A stretch of 63,474 nt of DNA, filler included, from Octopus bimaculoides (taxonomy: Eukaryota): NCBI RefSeq assembly GCF_001194135.2. It is 10 parts of 9 records of this genome, joined end to end, with 100 filler letters (N's around TTAATTAATTAA, not from the genome) between each part and the next. Parts side by side here need not be neighbours in the genome. Positions count along the whole stretch, not along the records: positions 1 to 4,664 come from NC_069000.1; positions 4,765 to 21,635 come from NC_068982.1; 8 more parts are not named here. The stretch is one strand, 5' to 3'. The position numbers were made by a program, and so were the translations under genes. Position 1 is the stretch's first letter. Every line of letters starts with the position of its first letter. Below, piece by piece: positions 1 through 13,300 of this stretch. The notes beneath the pieces are model-generated. The model saw only the letters and a list, made by a program, of their open reading frames with translations, ran no database searches and was not told the origin of the DNA.

Positions 1-3000
1 CCCAGAAGACGACTAGCATGGAGGAGAAGGGTCTGGAAGCTTAAAGATCCTGCGAATGGACAGAGATTTAGAGATGTATTACTTGAAACCTTTGACAAAA
101 TAGAAGGGGATATAGCATCACATGATGTGGAAGGCAACAGGAGGTTTCTACGGGACAACCTGTTGAGGGCCACTGGCCAGATCTGTGGATGGTGCAAAGT
201 CCCCTCTCGACCCAAGGTAATGTGGTGGTGGAACAATGTTGTTGACAGGGCTATTGGGGAAAAGAAACAGGCTGGCTAAAGACTGGAAGAACAGAGGCAG
301 CAGGGAATCGTATCAGACTGCCAGAAGGGAAGCTAGGAGACAGGTTTATTTAGGCAGAGGGGAAGCAGATAAGAAAAAATTTGCCAATGTTCTGCTCCAT
401 AAGGACCAAAGACTTGAGGTATTTTGTGTTGCAAGAGAGTGTGTGAGAGAGAATCATGATGTCGTAGGAGAGAAATGTGTCTGCATGGAGAGGTTTGGAG
501 ACGCCACTATGAAAGGTTGCTCAATAAAGAGAATGAATGGGAGAAAGTCTGCCGAATGTCGACCCAACAGAGGGACCAGTTATCTGAATTGACAGTACCT
601 TGGTAGATAAAGCAATTAAAGGTATGGAGACAGGGAAAACTCCCAGTCTATCAGGAATCACCGCAGAGATGCTCAAAATATCTGGTGGTGTCAGCTATAG
701 CCTAGTCACCCATATAGTTAACCAGGTGATACATGAAGGAGTCATACCCAATGACTGGTGTAGCAGCACCATAGTCAACTGCTACAAAGGTAAAGGTGAC
801 ACTTTAGATACAAATAATTACAGAGGTATCAAGTTCTTGGATCAGGTAATGAAGGTCACTGAGAGGGTCATAGCCCAACTAATTAGGGAGAGAGTCAGTT
901 TAGATGTGATGCAGTTTGGGNNNNNNNNNNNNNNNNNNNNNNNNNNNNNNNNNNNNNNNNNNNNNNNNNNNNNNNNNNNNNNNNNNNNNNNNNNNNNNNN
1001 NNNNNNNNNNNNNNNNNNNNNNNNNNNNNNNNNNNNNNNNNNNNNNNNNNNNNNNNNNNNNNNNNNNNNNNNNNNNNNNNNNNNNNNNNNNNNNNNNNNN
1101 NNNNNNNNNNNNNNNNNNNNNNNNNNNNNNNNNNNNNNNNNNNNNNNNNNNNNNNNNNNNNNNNNNNNNNNNNNNNNNNNNNNNNNNNNNNNNNNNNNNN
1201 NNNNNNNNNNNNNNNNNNNNNNNNNNNNNNNNNNNNNNNNNNNNNNNNNNNNNNNNNNNNNNNNNNNNNNNNNNNNNNNNNNNNNNNNNNNNNNNNNNNN
1301 NNNNNNNNNNNNNNNNNNNNNNNNNNNNNNNNNNNNNNNNNNNNNNNNNNNNNNNNNNNNNNNNNNNNNNNNNNNNNNNNNNNNNNNNNNNNNNNNNNNN
1401 NNNNNNNNNNNNNNNNNNNNNNNNNNNNNNNNNNNNNNNNNNNNNNNNNNNNNNNNNNNNNNNNNNNNNNNNNNNNNNNNNNNNNNNNNNNNNNNNNNTC
1501 TATACTGATGATCTTGCTCTAATTGCTGAGTCACTATCAGAACTAGGATAAAGTTTCATGTGTGAAAGTAAGGATTAGTATCGAAGGGTCTTAGAGTCAA
1601 CCTAGCTAAAACCAAAGTCTTAATAAGTAGGATGGCAGACAAACCACAAATCCCTTCAGGTAGATGGCCCTGCTTGATCTGTAGGAACTCCATAAAATGT
1701 ACCCAGTGTAAGCTATGGACACATAAGAGGTACAGCAATATCAAAGGTCATGCTTCATCACCTCATCTCAGGTCTCCTGGATCTACTTCTTCCACAGGTT
1801 CCTGGGAAGATAGTTTTTGTATGTGCCAGATGCTCAGGAGCAATAAACACTGAAAATGTGCAGAGAACAGCTTCTGTCACATCCCAGCGAGAAAAACTAT
1901 AAGTAGTTGATAGCTTCCATTACCTAGGGGACCAAGTCAGTAGCAGGGGTGGATGCTCTGAAAGTGTAGCTGCTAGAATAAGAATAACCTTGGCAAAGTT
2001 CAGAGAGCTCCTACCTCTGCTGGTGACAAAGGGCCTCTCGCTCAGAGTAAAAGGTAGACTGTATGACGCATGTGTGTAAACAGCCATGCTACATGGCAGT
2101 GAAACATGGGCTGTGACTGCTGAAGACATGTGTAAGCTTGCAAGGAATGAAGCTAGTATGCTCCACTGGATGTGTATTGTCAGTGTGCATACATGACAGA
2201 GTGTAAGCGCCATGAGAGAGAAGGTGGATTTAAGAAGCATCAGATGTGGTGTGCAAGAGAGACGACTGCACTGGTGTGGTCATGTGTTGCGAATGAATGA
2301 GGACAGCCATGTGAAAAAGTGTCACACCCTAGCAGTTGAGGGAACCTGTGGAAGAAGTAGATCCAGGAGACCTGAGATGAGGTGATGAAGCATGACCTTC
2401 GAACATTGGGCTTTACCGAGGCAATGACTAGTGACCGGGGCCTTTGGAGATAGGCTGTGCTTGAGAAAACTCGACAAGCCAAGTGAGACCATAGCTCATG
2501 GCCTATGCCAGTGGGTGTAACAAGCCCATTTATGAATACTCCTCATTCATTGGACAATAAACCTTACTTGTGAAGACATTGAGGCAAGTGAAATCAAAAT
2601 CAAAATTGCTGATGTGGCCGATGACAGTACTGACACTTGTGCCAGTAGAACGTTAAAAACACATCCGAACATGGGGTGTAACTGGCCCACTTATGAGTAC
2701 CCCTCATTCATTGGGCAATGAACTTTGCTTACGAAGACCTATTGAGGCAAGTGTAAGCAAATCAAAATCGCTGACGTGGCCAATGACAGTACTGTCTGAT
2801 TGACACTTGTCCCAGTGGAACATTAAAAGCACATCCGAGCATGATTGTTGCCAGGGCCACGGATTGGCTCCTGTGCCGGTGACATGTGAAAAGCACCATT
2901 TGAGCGTGATCATTGCCAGCATTACTTTACTGACATGTACTGGTGGCACGTGAAAAACAAAATTCAAGTGTGGTCATTGCCAGTGCCACCGGACTGGCTC

Positions 3001-3246
3001 CCGTGCAGGTAGCACATAAAAACACCTTTTGAGCGTGGTCATTGCCAGAACTGCATGACTGGCCCTCCTGCCAGTGGCACGTAAAAGCACTCACTACACT
3101 CTCGGAGTGGTTGGTGTTAGGAAGGGCATCTAGCTGTAGAAGCTTTGCCAGATCAGATTGAGCCTGGTGCAGCCTCTGGTCACCAGTCCTCAGTCAAACC
3201 GTCCAACCCATGCCAGCATGGAAAGTGGACATAAAATGATGATGAT
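1..3246 (+). mobile_element. RTE-clade LINE, decayed ORF2 (RT) plus repeat-rich 3' UTR ending in (TGA)n; interrupted by N-gap 921-1498
   Basis: Motifs VDKAIKGMETGKTPSLSGITAEMLK, YKGKGD.LD.NNYRGI, YTDDL (YADD), YLGD and LHGSETW. Frameshifts and stops are present. The 3' UTR has tandem GTGCCAGTGGCACGTAAAAAGCAC-type repeats (about 2780-3090). Confidence 0.9.
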
Positions 3247-3267
3247 AGATAGATATGCATATCTATA

Positions 3268-3312
<45 letters not shown>

Positions 3313-3431
3313 CTTTAGACTTCAGGCCAGAAGGATGCCAAGAAGCAGACCAATATGTGTGTGTGTGTGTGTGTGTTTATGCATACATGCGTGTATATGT
3401 ATATGTACACAAACATATATATATTTGTCCC

Positions 3432-4406
3432 CCGTTTTCGCTAAGAGTTAAAAATCTACCAAAACAGTTTTTTAAAATTCTTAAACTAAATTTCCCCAAG
3501 CACCATAAATGCTACCCTATATTTAACAAAAATTCTACAAAATTATTTTATTCTACCACGCTGAACTTGGGTTCAATTATCGCACCTACAAACAAATAAA
3601 ATTCAACTCCAAAATAATAAAAGCCCAGATCATAGGATACTTAACACAACTACAAATAACATTAATGAAACTAAAAGTATAAATAGGAAGCCAAAAAGCT
3701 GCAATTGTAGGGACTCTCAATTATGTCCACTTGTGGGTCTATGTCTGTGCAAAAATGTAATATATAAATGTACAGTCACAAATGAAAAACAGCAAACTAG
3801 GGTATATATATAGGAAGTACCAAAGACTTCAAAAAATGGTATAGAATACATGTAAATTCCTTTAATAAGTTTAAACATAGAAACTCTACAGCATTAACAA
3901 ACTATACACACAATTAAAAATTACAAAACATCAATTAGGTATTGTCTTGGTTGATCATAGATGAGGCCCCACCATACAAAACCATTACGGGCAGATGTCA
4001 GTTGTGTATAAAATAATCGTACATAATCCTTCGCATTTTTAATTCCACTGTTTTAAATAAATTTTCTGAAGCTATTCATTTGAGTAATCATAGATATTAT
4101 TCAACTTTCAAGAGTAAATTTTAATTCGAACCTGCATAGTAACATTTTCTATAATACAACAATATATTACCACTTGGTTATGATTTGAAAAAATAAAAAA
4201 ACTCCCACCAGCACTCTTAATAATTTCCATAACTCATATGACTCTTATATAAAACATAAATTAATTAATACTTGCAAAGCAATTTAATACATTTCTGGCG
4301 CAAACACTATTCTTTTCTTTTTCCCTGATGATGGGAGCATTCCTTGCAAGTGAATCGTAAGATTCACATGTACTCTTTGAATGAACTCTAGAAATGATTG
4401 TCAGAA
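3432..4406 (+). mobile_element. Penelope-like element 3' part (GIY-YIG endonuclease, 3' UTR/pseudo-LTR)
   Basis: Translation CNCRDSQLCPLVGLCLCKNVIYKCTVT...VYIGSTK...NSTAL...GRCQLC fits the Penelope EN module. A decayed hammerhead follows at 4321-4406. Confidence 0.8.
4321..4406 (+). ncRNA. Degenerate minimal hammerhead ribozyme (likely inactive)
   Basis: CTGATGA at 4325-4331 and GAAATGATTGTC at 4391-4402. The latter is GAAACGATCGTC with two CpG>TpG changes. Stems I and II are imperfect. Confidence 0.5.
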
Positions 4407-4708
4407 TACTTCATTTCCTTTAAATATGGTACCAAATGTGTTTTTAAACATCTATTACTCCCTTCATTCCATAATTTGTTTTGAATTTTTAAAAGAAATG
4501 TCTTTCTATGTTTCATTATTCTTATCTATATTTTTTATCTATACTCTATTACATTGAAATATCTATATATTTATTTGTGCTCTCATATTTTAAACATTCA
4601 TATATATTTTTATATTTCTATATCTTTATATTCTGAATGTACAGATATATGTTTTAGACAATTCNNNNNNNNNNNNNNNNNNNNNNNNNNNNNNNNNNNN
4701 NNNNNNNN

Positions 4709-4720
4709 TTAATTAATTAA
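4709..4720. other. Assembly spacer TTAATTAATTAA flanked by N runs; also at 21680, 32597, 39435, 44187, 53156, 55373, 56781 and 60672
   Basis: An identical 12-mer with stops in all six frames, centred in uniform N blocks nine times (44 N each side at the first copy). This is an artefact, not biology. Confidence 0.95.
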
Positions 4721-5099
4721 NNNNNNNNNNNNNNNNNNNNNNNNNNNNNNNNNNNNNNNNNNNNATCCATACATATGTAATAATACACATATACATACCC
4801 GCACACACGCACACACATAGGTATATATACTCATACACGCACAATTATGTTCATATACACGTCTCCTTACGCTCATGCACAAAAATACAGGGTAAAAGGT
4901 AATGTACAGAAAAAAAATGTATAAATATATAAAGCAACGAAATATATATAAAAAAAAAAGATATATGTAAGAAATGAAATGCTTGTACGTAGACAATATA
5001 AAAAGTAGGTTCTATCTGTGGTCTTGGTGGGGGGGACCAAAAACGTAACAAATATTTACCCATATGTGGACATGATCCAAAAAGTTCAGTTCTTAAATT

Positions 5100-5615
5100 T
5101 AGACATGTAGCAGAGTCTTAGGAGCTTTTCCAGATAGGCCATCTTTCCTTATCGCAAAGACCGCACTTTCCACTGCCGTTGGTGTAAGGCTTGCACTTGG
5201 CTAAGATCTTCCAATGAATGTCATAGTTGACACCTTTTTCTTTTAAGTACCATATATAACTGGATAATTTGGTTGTTTTTCTTTTATCCCAGTGTCTGAA
5301 GCTCAAGGTGTGATTGTTGAACCTGGCTTTGAAATTCCTCTCTGCGAGACCCATATATTTCTTTGACGAAACTATGTCCTTAGTGGTTGTAGAGTCTACT
5401 GTGGCTTCATAAATGATGGTCTCGGACATGCAAGCTCCATTTAGCGGGCACAAATTTTTATCCCTGCATGAACCAACCTGACAGTTGTCAATTTCCTAGA
5501 TGCATCCTTAGATTTAAATAAGAATATTTACAAACGTTATAGGAAGCCCAACGATAGACTTAGTTATATTAATGTAGGTTCCTGCCATCCCCCATAGTGT
5601 TTAAGAATTTAGTTA
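5100..5615. mobile_element. Penelope-like fragments in inverted arrangement: GIY-YIG EN (minus, 5118-5470) abutting an RT-thumb fragment (plus, about 5475-5615)
   Basis: Minus ORF: CPLNGACMSETIIYEATV...YMGLAERNFKARFNNH...GKCGLC. Plus strand: VNFLDASLDL...YRKPNDRLSYINVGSCHP. Confidence 0.8.
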
Positions 5616-5620
5616 AAAAC

Positions 5621-5683
<63 letters not shown>

Positions 5684-6215
5684 TGAGAGAAAAAGAGAGA
5701 AAGAAGGAGAGAGAGAAAGAAAAATCTATTTGGTTACTTGACTGATACTTTATTTATCGACATTGGAAGGATGAAAAACAAGGTTGACCAACTGGATTCC
5801 AAGTCAGAACATAAAGAGCAGCAAGCCTTTGTCCGTTGCTCTAACGGTTTTGACAATCGACTATCATTATATATTCTATGCACAACAAATGCAATATTTT
5901 TAAGCTCAACTAAGATCTGGAAATTCTCTAAGGAAGAATAAATATTGCAATTTCTGCTATTAAACCACACTTTGAACTTCTTATTAACAACACTGTCAAG
6001 AATAGACCAACACTATTTTCATTTTCTGTCCTAATATTTTTGCGAAGTTTCTTTAATGTATAACCAACATCAAAATGATATTAGCACTGTGAACTACTAT
6101 AAATATTTCACTAAAACACAAAGTAACGTTTTTTTCTTCGTTTATCGGTTATATAGTATGTCATCTGTTCTCTTAATATTTTCAACTCTAAATACATACA
6201 CACATAGGCACATAG

Positions 6216-6247
<32 letters not shown>

Positions 6248-6370
6248 CTCACAACCACACAACAACCACACGCACATAGAAGCTCTTCAACACACGCATA
6301 CATACATATGTGCGTGCGTGTATATATATATATATATGTATGTATATATATACACACACACACACACACA

Positions 6371-6409
<39 letters not shown>

Positions 6410-6553
6410 GGGACAATATTGAATGGTTATTATTTTGATATTATGATATTTTTTTAATAATTTTTCTATCTTTATATAATAAGTATTTCATATTAATTCA
6501 TTTGGTACTTATTGTTGGTTGAGATATATATATCTAATTATTGTTCTACTTAC

Positions 6554-6667
6554 GATCTGACGAGTAGCTATATTTTTTAATAGAATTTATTTTCGATAAT
6601 TTCAATTGATTTTAATCGATTTAAATTTCTTTTCTATTTGAAAATTGGTTATGAAACACGTGTAATC
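6554..6667 (+). ncRNA. Minimal type-I hammerhead ribozyme motif with complete core
   Basis: GAT-CTGACGA-GTAGCT...(77 nt)...GGTTAT-GAAAC-ACGT-GTA-ATC. Stem I is 3 bp, stem II is 6 bp with G:U pairs, helix III is the palindrome ACACGTGT, and the cleavage triplet is GUA. Confidence 0.65.
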
Positions 6668-7031
6668 TTTTTATTATATTTATCTTATGATATTTACTTT
6701 ACTTTATATTNNNNNNNNNNNNNNNNNNNNNNNNNNNNNNNNNNNNNNNNNNNNNNNNNNNNNNNNNNNNNNNNNNNNNNNNNNNNNNNNNNNNNNNNNN
6801 NNNNNNNNNNNNNNNNNNNNNNNNNNNNNNNNNNNNNNNNNNNNNNNNNNNNNNNNNNNNNNNNNNNNNNNNNNNNNNNNNNNNNNNNNNNNNNNNNNNN
6901 NNNNNNNNNNNNNNNNNNNNNNNNNNNNNNNNNNNNNNNNNNNNNNNNNNNNNNNNNNNNNNNNNNNNNNNNNNNNNNNNNNNNNNNNNNNNNNNNNNNN
7001 NNNNNNNNNNNNNNNNNNNNNNNNNNNNNNN

Positions 7032-7080
<49 letters not shown>

Positions 7081-7259
7081 ATATATATATAATATTGGTG
7101 CAAGAATGTCAGGGTCAGCAATTGTCTCATTGGTAAATAAAATTGTCTCCAGAGAATTGTGTTTTTAGCTGTTATGGTAACTACATATATATATATATAT
7201 TCATATTTAAATATGTACATATAAAGAGTATACGGGCTATATCCCATAAAAATAAGAGT

Positions 7260-7664
7260 CAGGCATCTGAATTGAGCATAAGACTTTGTTCCTACAGTTT
7301 TCAAATGAACTCCGGCGTGCGGTCGCAGTTAGAAAGCCTGCTATAGCTCTTCCCTGCTGGCCATAGCTTCATAATCTCTGTTGCAGCTGTCCATGTCACG
7401 TCTTACAGCCTATGCAATATTCACTGTATAAGCTGTATAGGCTGAGCAGAAGACGTGATATCGGCATTTTGATACTCGGAGGAAGCATCATGATATATGT
7501 AACTCAATATTCAGATGACTCCAAGTTCTCCATGTCAGCTAGCTTTTTCACAACTACGACGTTATCTTCAAGCTCTTTAATGCTGTTGACTATTTACAAA
7601 TGCATGTACCTGTTCCTGAAAATAACGACACATGAAAAATCGTCAAATTTATCCTGAACCACCG
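7260..7664 (-). mobile_element. 5' fragment of a DD37D/maT-like Tc1/mariner transposon
   Basis: Aligns by eye with 26255-26621 (shared CATCTGAATTGAGC, GAACTCCGGCGTGCGG, CATGTCACGTCTTACAG, GTTCTCCATGTCAGCTA). It has a similar TIR-like end followed by TA. Confidence 0.6.
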
Positions 7665-7696
7665 TATATCTAGAAAACTGGCATATCAATCAATCA

Positions 7697-7752
<56 letters not shown>

Positions 7753-7756
7753 CTCG

Positions 7757-7795
<39 letters not shown>

Positions 7796-8580
7796 NNNNN
7801 NNNNNNNNNNNNNNNNNNNNNNNNNNNNNNNNNNNNNNNNNNNNNNNNNNNNNNNNNNNNNNNNNNNNNNNNNNNNNNNNNNNNNNNNNNNNNNNNNNNN
7901 NNNNNNNNNNNNNNNNNNNNNNNNNNNNNNNNNNNNNNNNNNNNNNNNNNNNNNNNNNNNNNNNNNNNNNNNNNNNNNNNNNNNNNNNNNNNNNNNNNNN
8001 NNNNNNNNNNNNNNNNNNNNNNNNNNNNNNNNNNNNNNNNNNNNNNNNNNNNNNNNNNNNNNNNNNNNNNNNNNNNNNNNNNNNNNNNNNNNNNNNNNNN
8101 NNNNNNNNNNNNNNNNNNNNNNNNNNNNNNNNNNNNNNNNNNNNNNNNNNNNNNNNNNNNNNNNNNNNNNNNNNNNNNNNNNNNNNNNNNNNNNNNNNNN
8201 NNNNNNNNNNNNNNNNNNNNNNNNNNNNNNNNNNNNNNNNNNNNNNNNNNNNNNNNNNNNNNNNNNNNNNNNNNNNNNNNNNNNNNNNNNNNNNNNNNNN
8301 NNNNNNNNNNNNNNNNNNNNNNNNNNNNNNNNNNNNNNNNNNNNNNNNNNNNNNNNNNNNNNNNNNNNNNNNNNNNNNNNNNNNNNNNNNNNNNNNNNNN
8401 NNNNNNNNNNNNNNNNNNNNNNNNNNNNNNNNNNNNNNNNNNNNNNNNNNNNNNNNNNNNNNNNNNNNNNNNNNNNNNNNNNNNNNNNNNNNNNNNNNNN
8501 NNNNNNNNNNNNNNNNNNNNNNNNNNNNNNNNNNNNNNNNNNNNNNNNNNNNNNNNNNNNNNNNNNNNNNNNNNNNNNNN

Positions 8581-8625
<45 letters not shown>

Positions 8626-8729
8626 CTAATAATAATATGACAACAAAAGAATGAAGGAGACCTCGATATTATGTAAATAGAGCAATTTATCTATAATATA
8701 ATATGTGACAATAAGTCGAAGATTGTCTG

Positions 8730-9570
8730 CATCAACACCCGCGTAACCAAGTTAGTCCGGTCTCTGTAAACTTGGTACGCCGATAGTGACGGCTTTCAGC
8801 TTCCAGTAAATAAGTTTCTTCCTATAAAGTCTATCTAAGTCGATCATGCAGATCACAGATTTGTGGTCTGTGTAGCCGATGCATTTAAAAAGTGGATAAC
8901 ATACACTGTCTTTATCTACCGGCTTTCAAGATGTTCTATCTAGAGACGACCTAGATGACTCGATGCGGTTCGTCCATTTCCATACAGGTGCATTTGAGAC
9001 ATCCAATCAGTACTTGTGAGACAAATGAAAACCTGTGAGCAGGTCTGCGAGGCTTTTGTACTCAACTCTTCTGACAGCTAAGCACTATAAAGTCGAAACG
9101 TGCCTCCAAGATGGCATTCCAATCACTCATTAGCACTAAAGTTTGAGACGTTCCCAGAGACCCTTCAGGCGTTTGAAGAAATCTGTTTGTCCTACCCATC
9201 AGAGCATAAACAGCCACCAGTCTGAAAGCACCCTTGTCACTACTATTCACATTCAGAACCACCAACTGACCTTCTGGGTCCAGGGTAGATAGTTTTATCT
9301 TCAGATTCAGACGTCTCGGGAACAGCACCGCAGTTCTGTCTCCATTCCTGGTTGACATGGAGATATATAAATTTCGTATCCACCGAAAATGGGCATGAAA
9401 GCTCGTCAGTCGGAAAGATTTGTTTCACCGATAGCCACTACATCTAAACTTAGTGGCCTGAGGTCATTGTGCAGGGGGCCCTGTTTCCAGGACGACCCCA
9501 GACCAAGTGCCTCTATACTACCTATTCTGAGCAAGGCCACGTTTGTCAGAGAGAAAGAGAATGAAAAGTG
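8730..9570 (-). mobile_element. Tx1/L1-clade LINE ORF2 N-terminal AP endonuclease fragment
   Basis: LDVVAIGET...DPEGQLVVLNV...FRLVAVYA...SDWNAIL...YTDHK...YWKL motifs of an APE domain, with frameshifts. Confidence 0.8.
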
Positions 9571-9941
9571 TCACTTATCCTATTTCTGGCCATTTGTGGC
9601 CATTTCACAAGCATTTCTTTATAGAGCCTTTTATTTACAGTCCCAAAGAAATTCCTTTGAGATATTTTGTTTTCAGTTTGTTGTAAATTTGCTTCGTTGT
9701 TTTCATATTTTTTTTATGTGAATCAGAGTGTTATGCGGGGATGCGATATAGTCATTTAACGTAATGTCGATATTTTTAATATGTTTATTAAGTTCTTGTT
9801 GTCTGCGTCTATTGCTGTGTAATTAGTGATGCCTTTGAAGTGCTATTCATGTTGCTGGTCTGGATTGCTACGTGTTTTCATCTTTTGAGGTGTTTATAAT
9901 GTTGGTTGTTTTTATAGTGTTGAAGATGTGTACGCAATTCA

Positions 9942-10300
9942 GTGTGGCTGTGTGGTAAGAACTTTGCTTCCCAACCACGTGGTTCCGGGTTCAGTCCTAC
10001 TGCTTGGCATCTTGGATAAGTATCTTCTAAATTCGGGCCGACTAAACCTTTGTGAGTGGACTTTGTAGACGGAGACTGAAAGAAATCCGTTGTATGTATG
10101 CGTGTGTATTAGAGTGTGCACACGCACATCTGTGTCTGTATTTGTCCCCTATCACCACCTGACAACCTATGTTGGTGTGTTTACGTCCCCGTAACTTAGT
10201 GGTTCAGTAGAAGGAAAATGGGTCTTGGGGTCGATTTTTTTCTACTAAAATCCTTCAAGGCGCTGCTACAACATGGCCGCAGTCAAGTGACTGAAACAAA
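9942..10300 (+). mobile_element. tRNA-derived SINE family B (internal CA/TA microsatellite). Other copies: 23066-23440(+), 32387-32550(+), 34263-34490(-, tail), 34650-35275(+), 58435-59275(-, spans gap)
   Basis: Shared TGGCTGTGTGGTAAG head, GGTTCAGTCCC B-box-like motif, GGGCCGACCAAAGCCTTGTGAGTGGATTT body and GACTGAAACAAGTAAAAG tail, seen repeatedly in the window. Confidence 0.8.
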
Positions 10301-10309
10301 CAAATTTCA

Positions 10310-13300
10310 TCGGCTCTTCCTGCCTTAGTTTTTGTTCTGTAAATCTTTTTTAATTTGGTTCAGATGTCTCTTGTGTTCCCACGTATGCCCTTTTACCATA
10401 TATGTTGCGCTTCCTAAACGTTTAGTTATTTTTCCTTCTTCGCAACTTTCTTTGCCATTTTTATATCTTTTAAGAAACTCTTTGTCACCTATTTTATTTT
10501 CAGTGTTTCTACGTATTTTATTTTTCTTCCCAGTAGTAGTTTATCAAATACTGACCGGACTTTCCTGACAAACATTAGTTCAGCCAGCGACATACAGATG
10601 TTATTCTGTAGCCACGCAAGAATTGAGTCAATGTAGTAACCGCTTATAATTCATTTCTAATTTTCCTCATAGCTCTCTTAAATGTATGTACGAAACGTTT
10701 CACTTGTCCGTTGGATCTCGGACGGTATGGCAGGATAGTAACATGCCCTATTGAATGCATTTTACAAAAGTTTTTAAATTCCTTTGCTGTGAACTGCGTT
10801 CCGTTATCAGACACAGTAGTGTCTGGAATACCAAATCGTGCAAAAGTTCATCCAAAAATTCTATTGTTATTTTAGAGGTTGGCTTTCTGCATTTACATAT
10901 TTCTGGCCATTTCGTGTAACTATCTACGACTACTAGATAATACCCACCATTTAGTGGCCCTGCAAAATCTATATGCAATCTAGACCAAGGTATGTCTGTC
11001 TTTGGCCGCGACTGAATTTTTATTGATGGTGTTTTCGCTGCTAGGGAACAACCCCTGCAGGCTTTCACCAGTTTTTCAATATCCTGATGCATATTCGGCT
11101 AGTAAATGTAGCTTCCATCCTCCCGATCCCTGGATGTTAGAAATTTTTTTCACATCTGATTTTGTAAAGAGACAGGTATTACAACCCTTTGAGCGTACAT
11201 CAATACGTCGTCACATATTAAATAGCATTTCTATCCCGTGTTACGCTCAGCTACATAAGTTTTTATCTTTGTCTCAGACTTTACTATTTTTTCTCATTTT
11301 ATTTATAAACACATCTTCCTCTGTTTTGATTTTTAATTAGTCTAACGTGACCGGTAGTTCGTGCACTGTTATTACTGTCTTACTGTTATTACAGCTCATT
11401 GTGCTTAGGAATCAATCTTGACAGTCCGTCCGCAAGTCCTAGTTTTTTCGATGGAGGAAATTCCATCTTAAAATCATAATTTAACAGGATCATCCCCCCC
11501 CCCCAGCGCTGCAATCGGTTGGCTGTGTGTGTGAGAATACTCTTTTTTGATTCGTAAATTGATAACAATGGGCGGTAATCTGTTTGCAGACTGAATTCCC
11601 TGACATGTATGAATTTGTGAAGTTTTTTCACCGCAAAGATAATGGCTAGTGCCTACTTCTCAATTTGGCTATAGTTTTTTTCAGCCGATAACAATGAATC
11701 GCATGTGCAATAGGTTTTAAACTACCGTTTTCAAACTTGTGTAGAAATACTGCTCCGATCCCACTCTCGCTAGCATCTGACGCTACTACTATTTTTAGTC
11801 TAGGATCACAATGCGGTCATGACAGCTCTGATGTTAAAACCTTTTTTTTAAATTTCGTCGAATGCCTTTTGGCATCTGTCAGACGAATACCATTTAACAT
11901 CTTTTTTCAATAGGTTGTTTAGGGGTGCTCTTAGCTCATGCATGTTCAGTATATACGTTTAATAATAATTCGCAAGCCCCAAGAACGCTCGTAATGTAAT
12001 ATTTTCCGGTGGTGGCATATTTTTTATCCTCACCGACTTGCAACTGTAAGTACGCCTCCGACAAATCCAGTTTTGAAAAGAATATACCTCCATTAAGCTT
12101 GGCAAAACTTTCCTCTGGACTTGGCAAAGGGTAATTATATGTCCTCAGACATTCATTCAAGCCAATTGAAAAGTCAGCGCAGACCCTTATTTTATTATTT
12201 TTCTTCCTTACATAGACAGGCGGTGATGCCCATTCCGAATAATTTATTTTTTCTATTACTCCAATATTTTCGACTCTGTCCAATTCCTTGTTTACTTGGT
12301 TCAATGCCGCGAAAGGTACAGCCTGCTTCGGTTTAAATACTGGGACAGTATTTTTTTTTACTTCAAATCTTACTTTCGTCTTAGTGCACCTACCTAAGTC
12401 TTGTGAAAAAAACATCAGGAAATATCTTTTTTAATTTCTTTTTTAAATTTTCCGACGCCTTGTTTGAACTGGTGTACGAACCGTTTACATTATTACAGAA
12501 GGTATTTATGGGTAGATCCCATAAATCAAATATTTTCATCTAATCTATACCAAAAAGGTTCATAGTATTTTCTGATACGTAAAGTTTAGCTTTCAGCGTC
12601 TTCCCACGGAATGTCACTCCGTTGTTATTTCGCCTAAAAATCATACTTGCTTTCCTGAAATGCCACGAACAGTTTTTGACGTTTTCTTGAAAGTAGGCCT
12701 TCTAATCTTTTTCCATGTATCAATGTTTATTATCGAGATATCGCTTCCTGTATCCAAAAGTAATTTTGTATTTACGTTATTTATTTTTGCAGATACAAAT
12801 TTCTATTTTCGTTGAGAATACTTTTTGGAGCTCCTTTAGAAACGCACCTCTCCAAGAAAATGAAATGCAATTAAAAAAAGTTATGAAAATGGGAAATATA
12901 TATAAAATAAATGATGTATGCAAACAATTAGAAAGGTTCAACCATTTTTAAATATTTTATACTAAAAAAATAAAAGAAACGGAAAATGGGAACTCGCGAT
13001 ATTAGCAAATATGTCGGATTATACAAGGGGCAGTAATTTACTTTTACCAGTTGTATTATTAATGATACGAGGAGCCAGACAATATTCTTCACAAGTTCTT
13101 GATTGTTTTTAATCAGATTTTTTTTACTGTGCACACTCGTTAGTTTCAGGGTTAGGGTTAGCTTTAGAGTTAGTGTTCTGGTTAGGGTTAGGATTAGGGT
13201 TAGTGTTAGTTTTAGGGTTAGGGTTAGTTTTAGGGTTAGGGTTAGTGTTAGGTTTAGGATTAGGATTAGTTTTAGGGTTTGGGTTAGGGTTAGGGATAGT

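Noticed and set aside
2780-3090. Regular repeats of about 25-50 bp resembling a CRISPR array (also 49480-49735)
   Set aside because: They are imperfect tandem repeats in the RTE 3' UTR, recur with each RTE copy, have no unique spacers and lie in a eukaryotic context.
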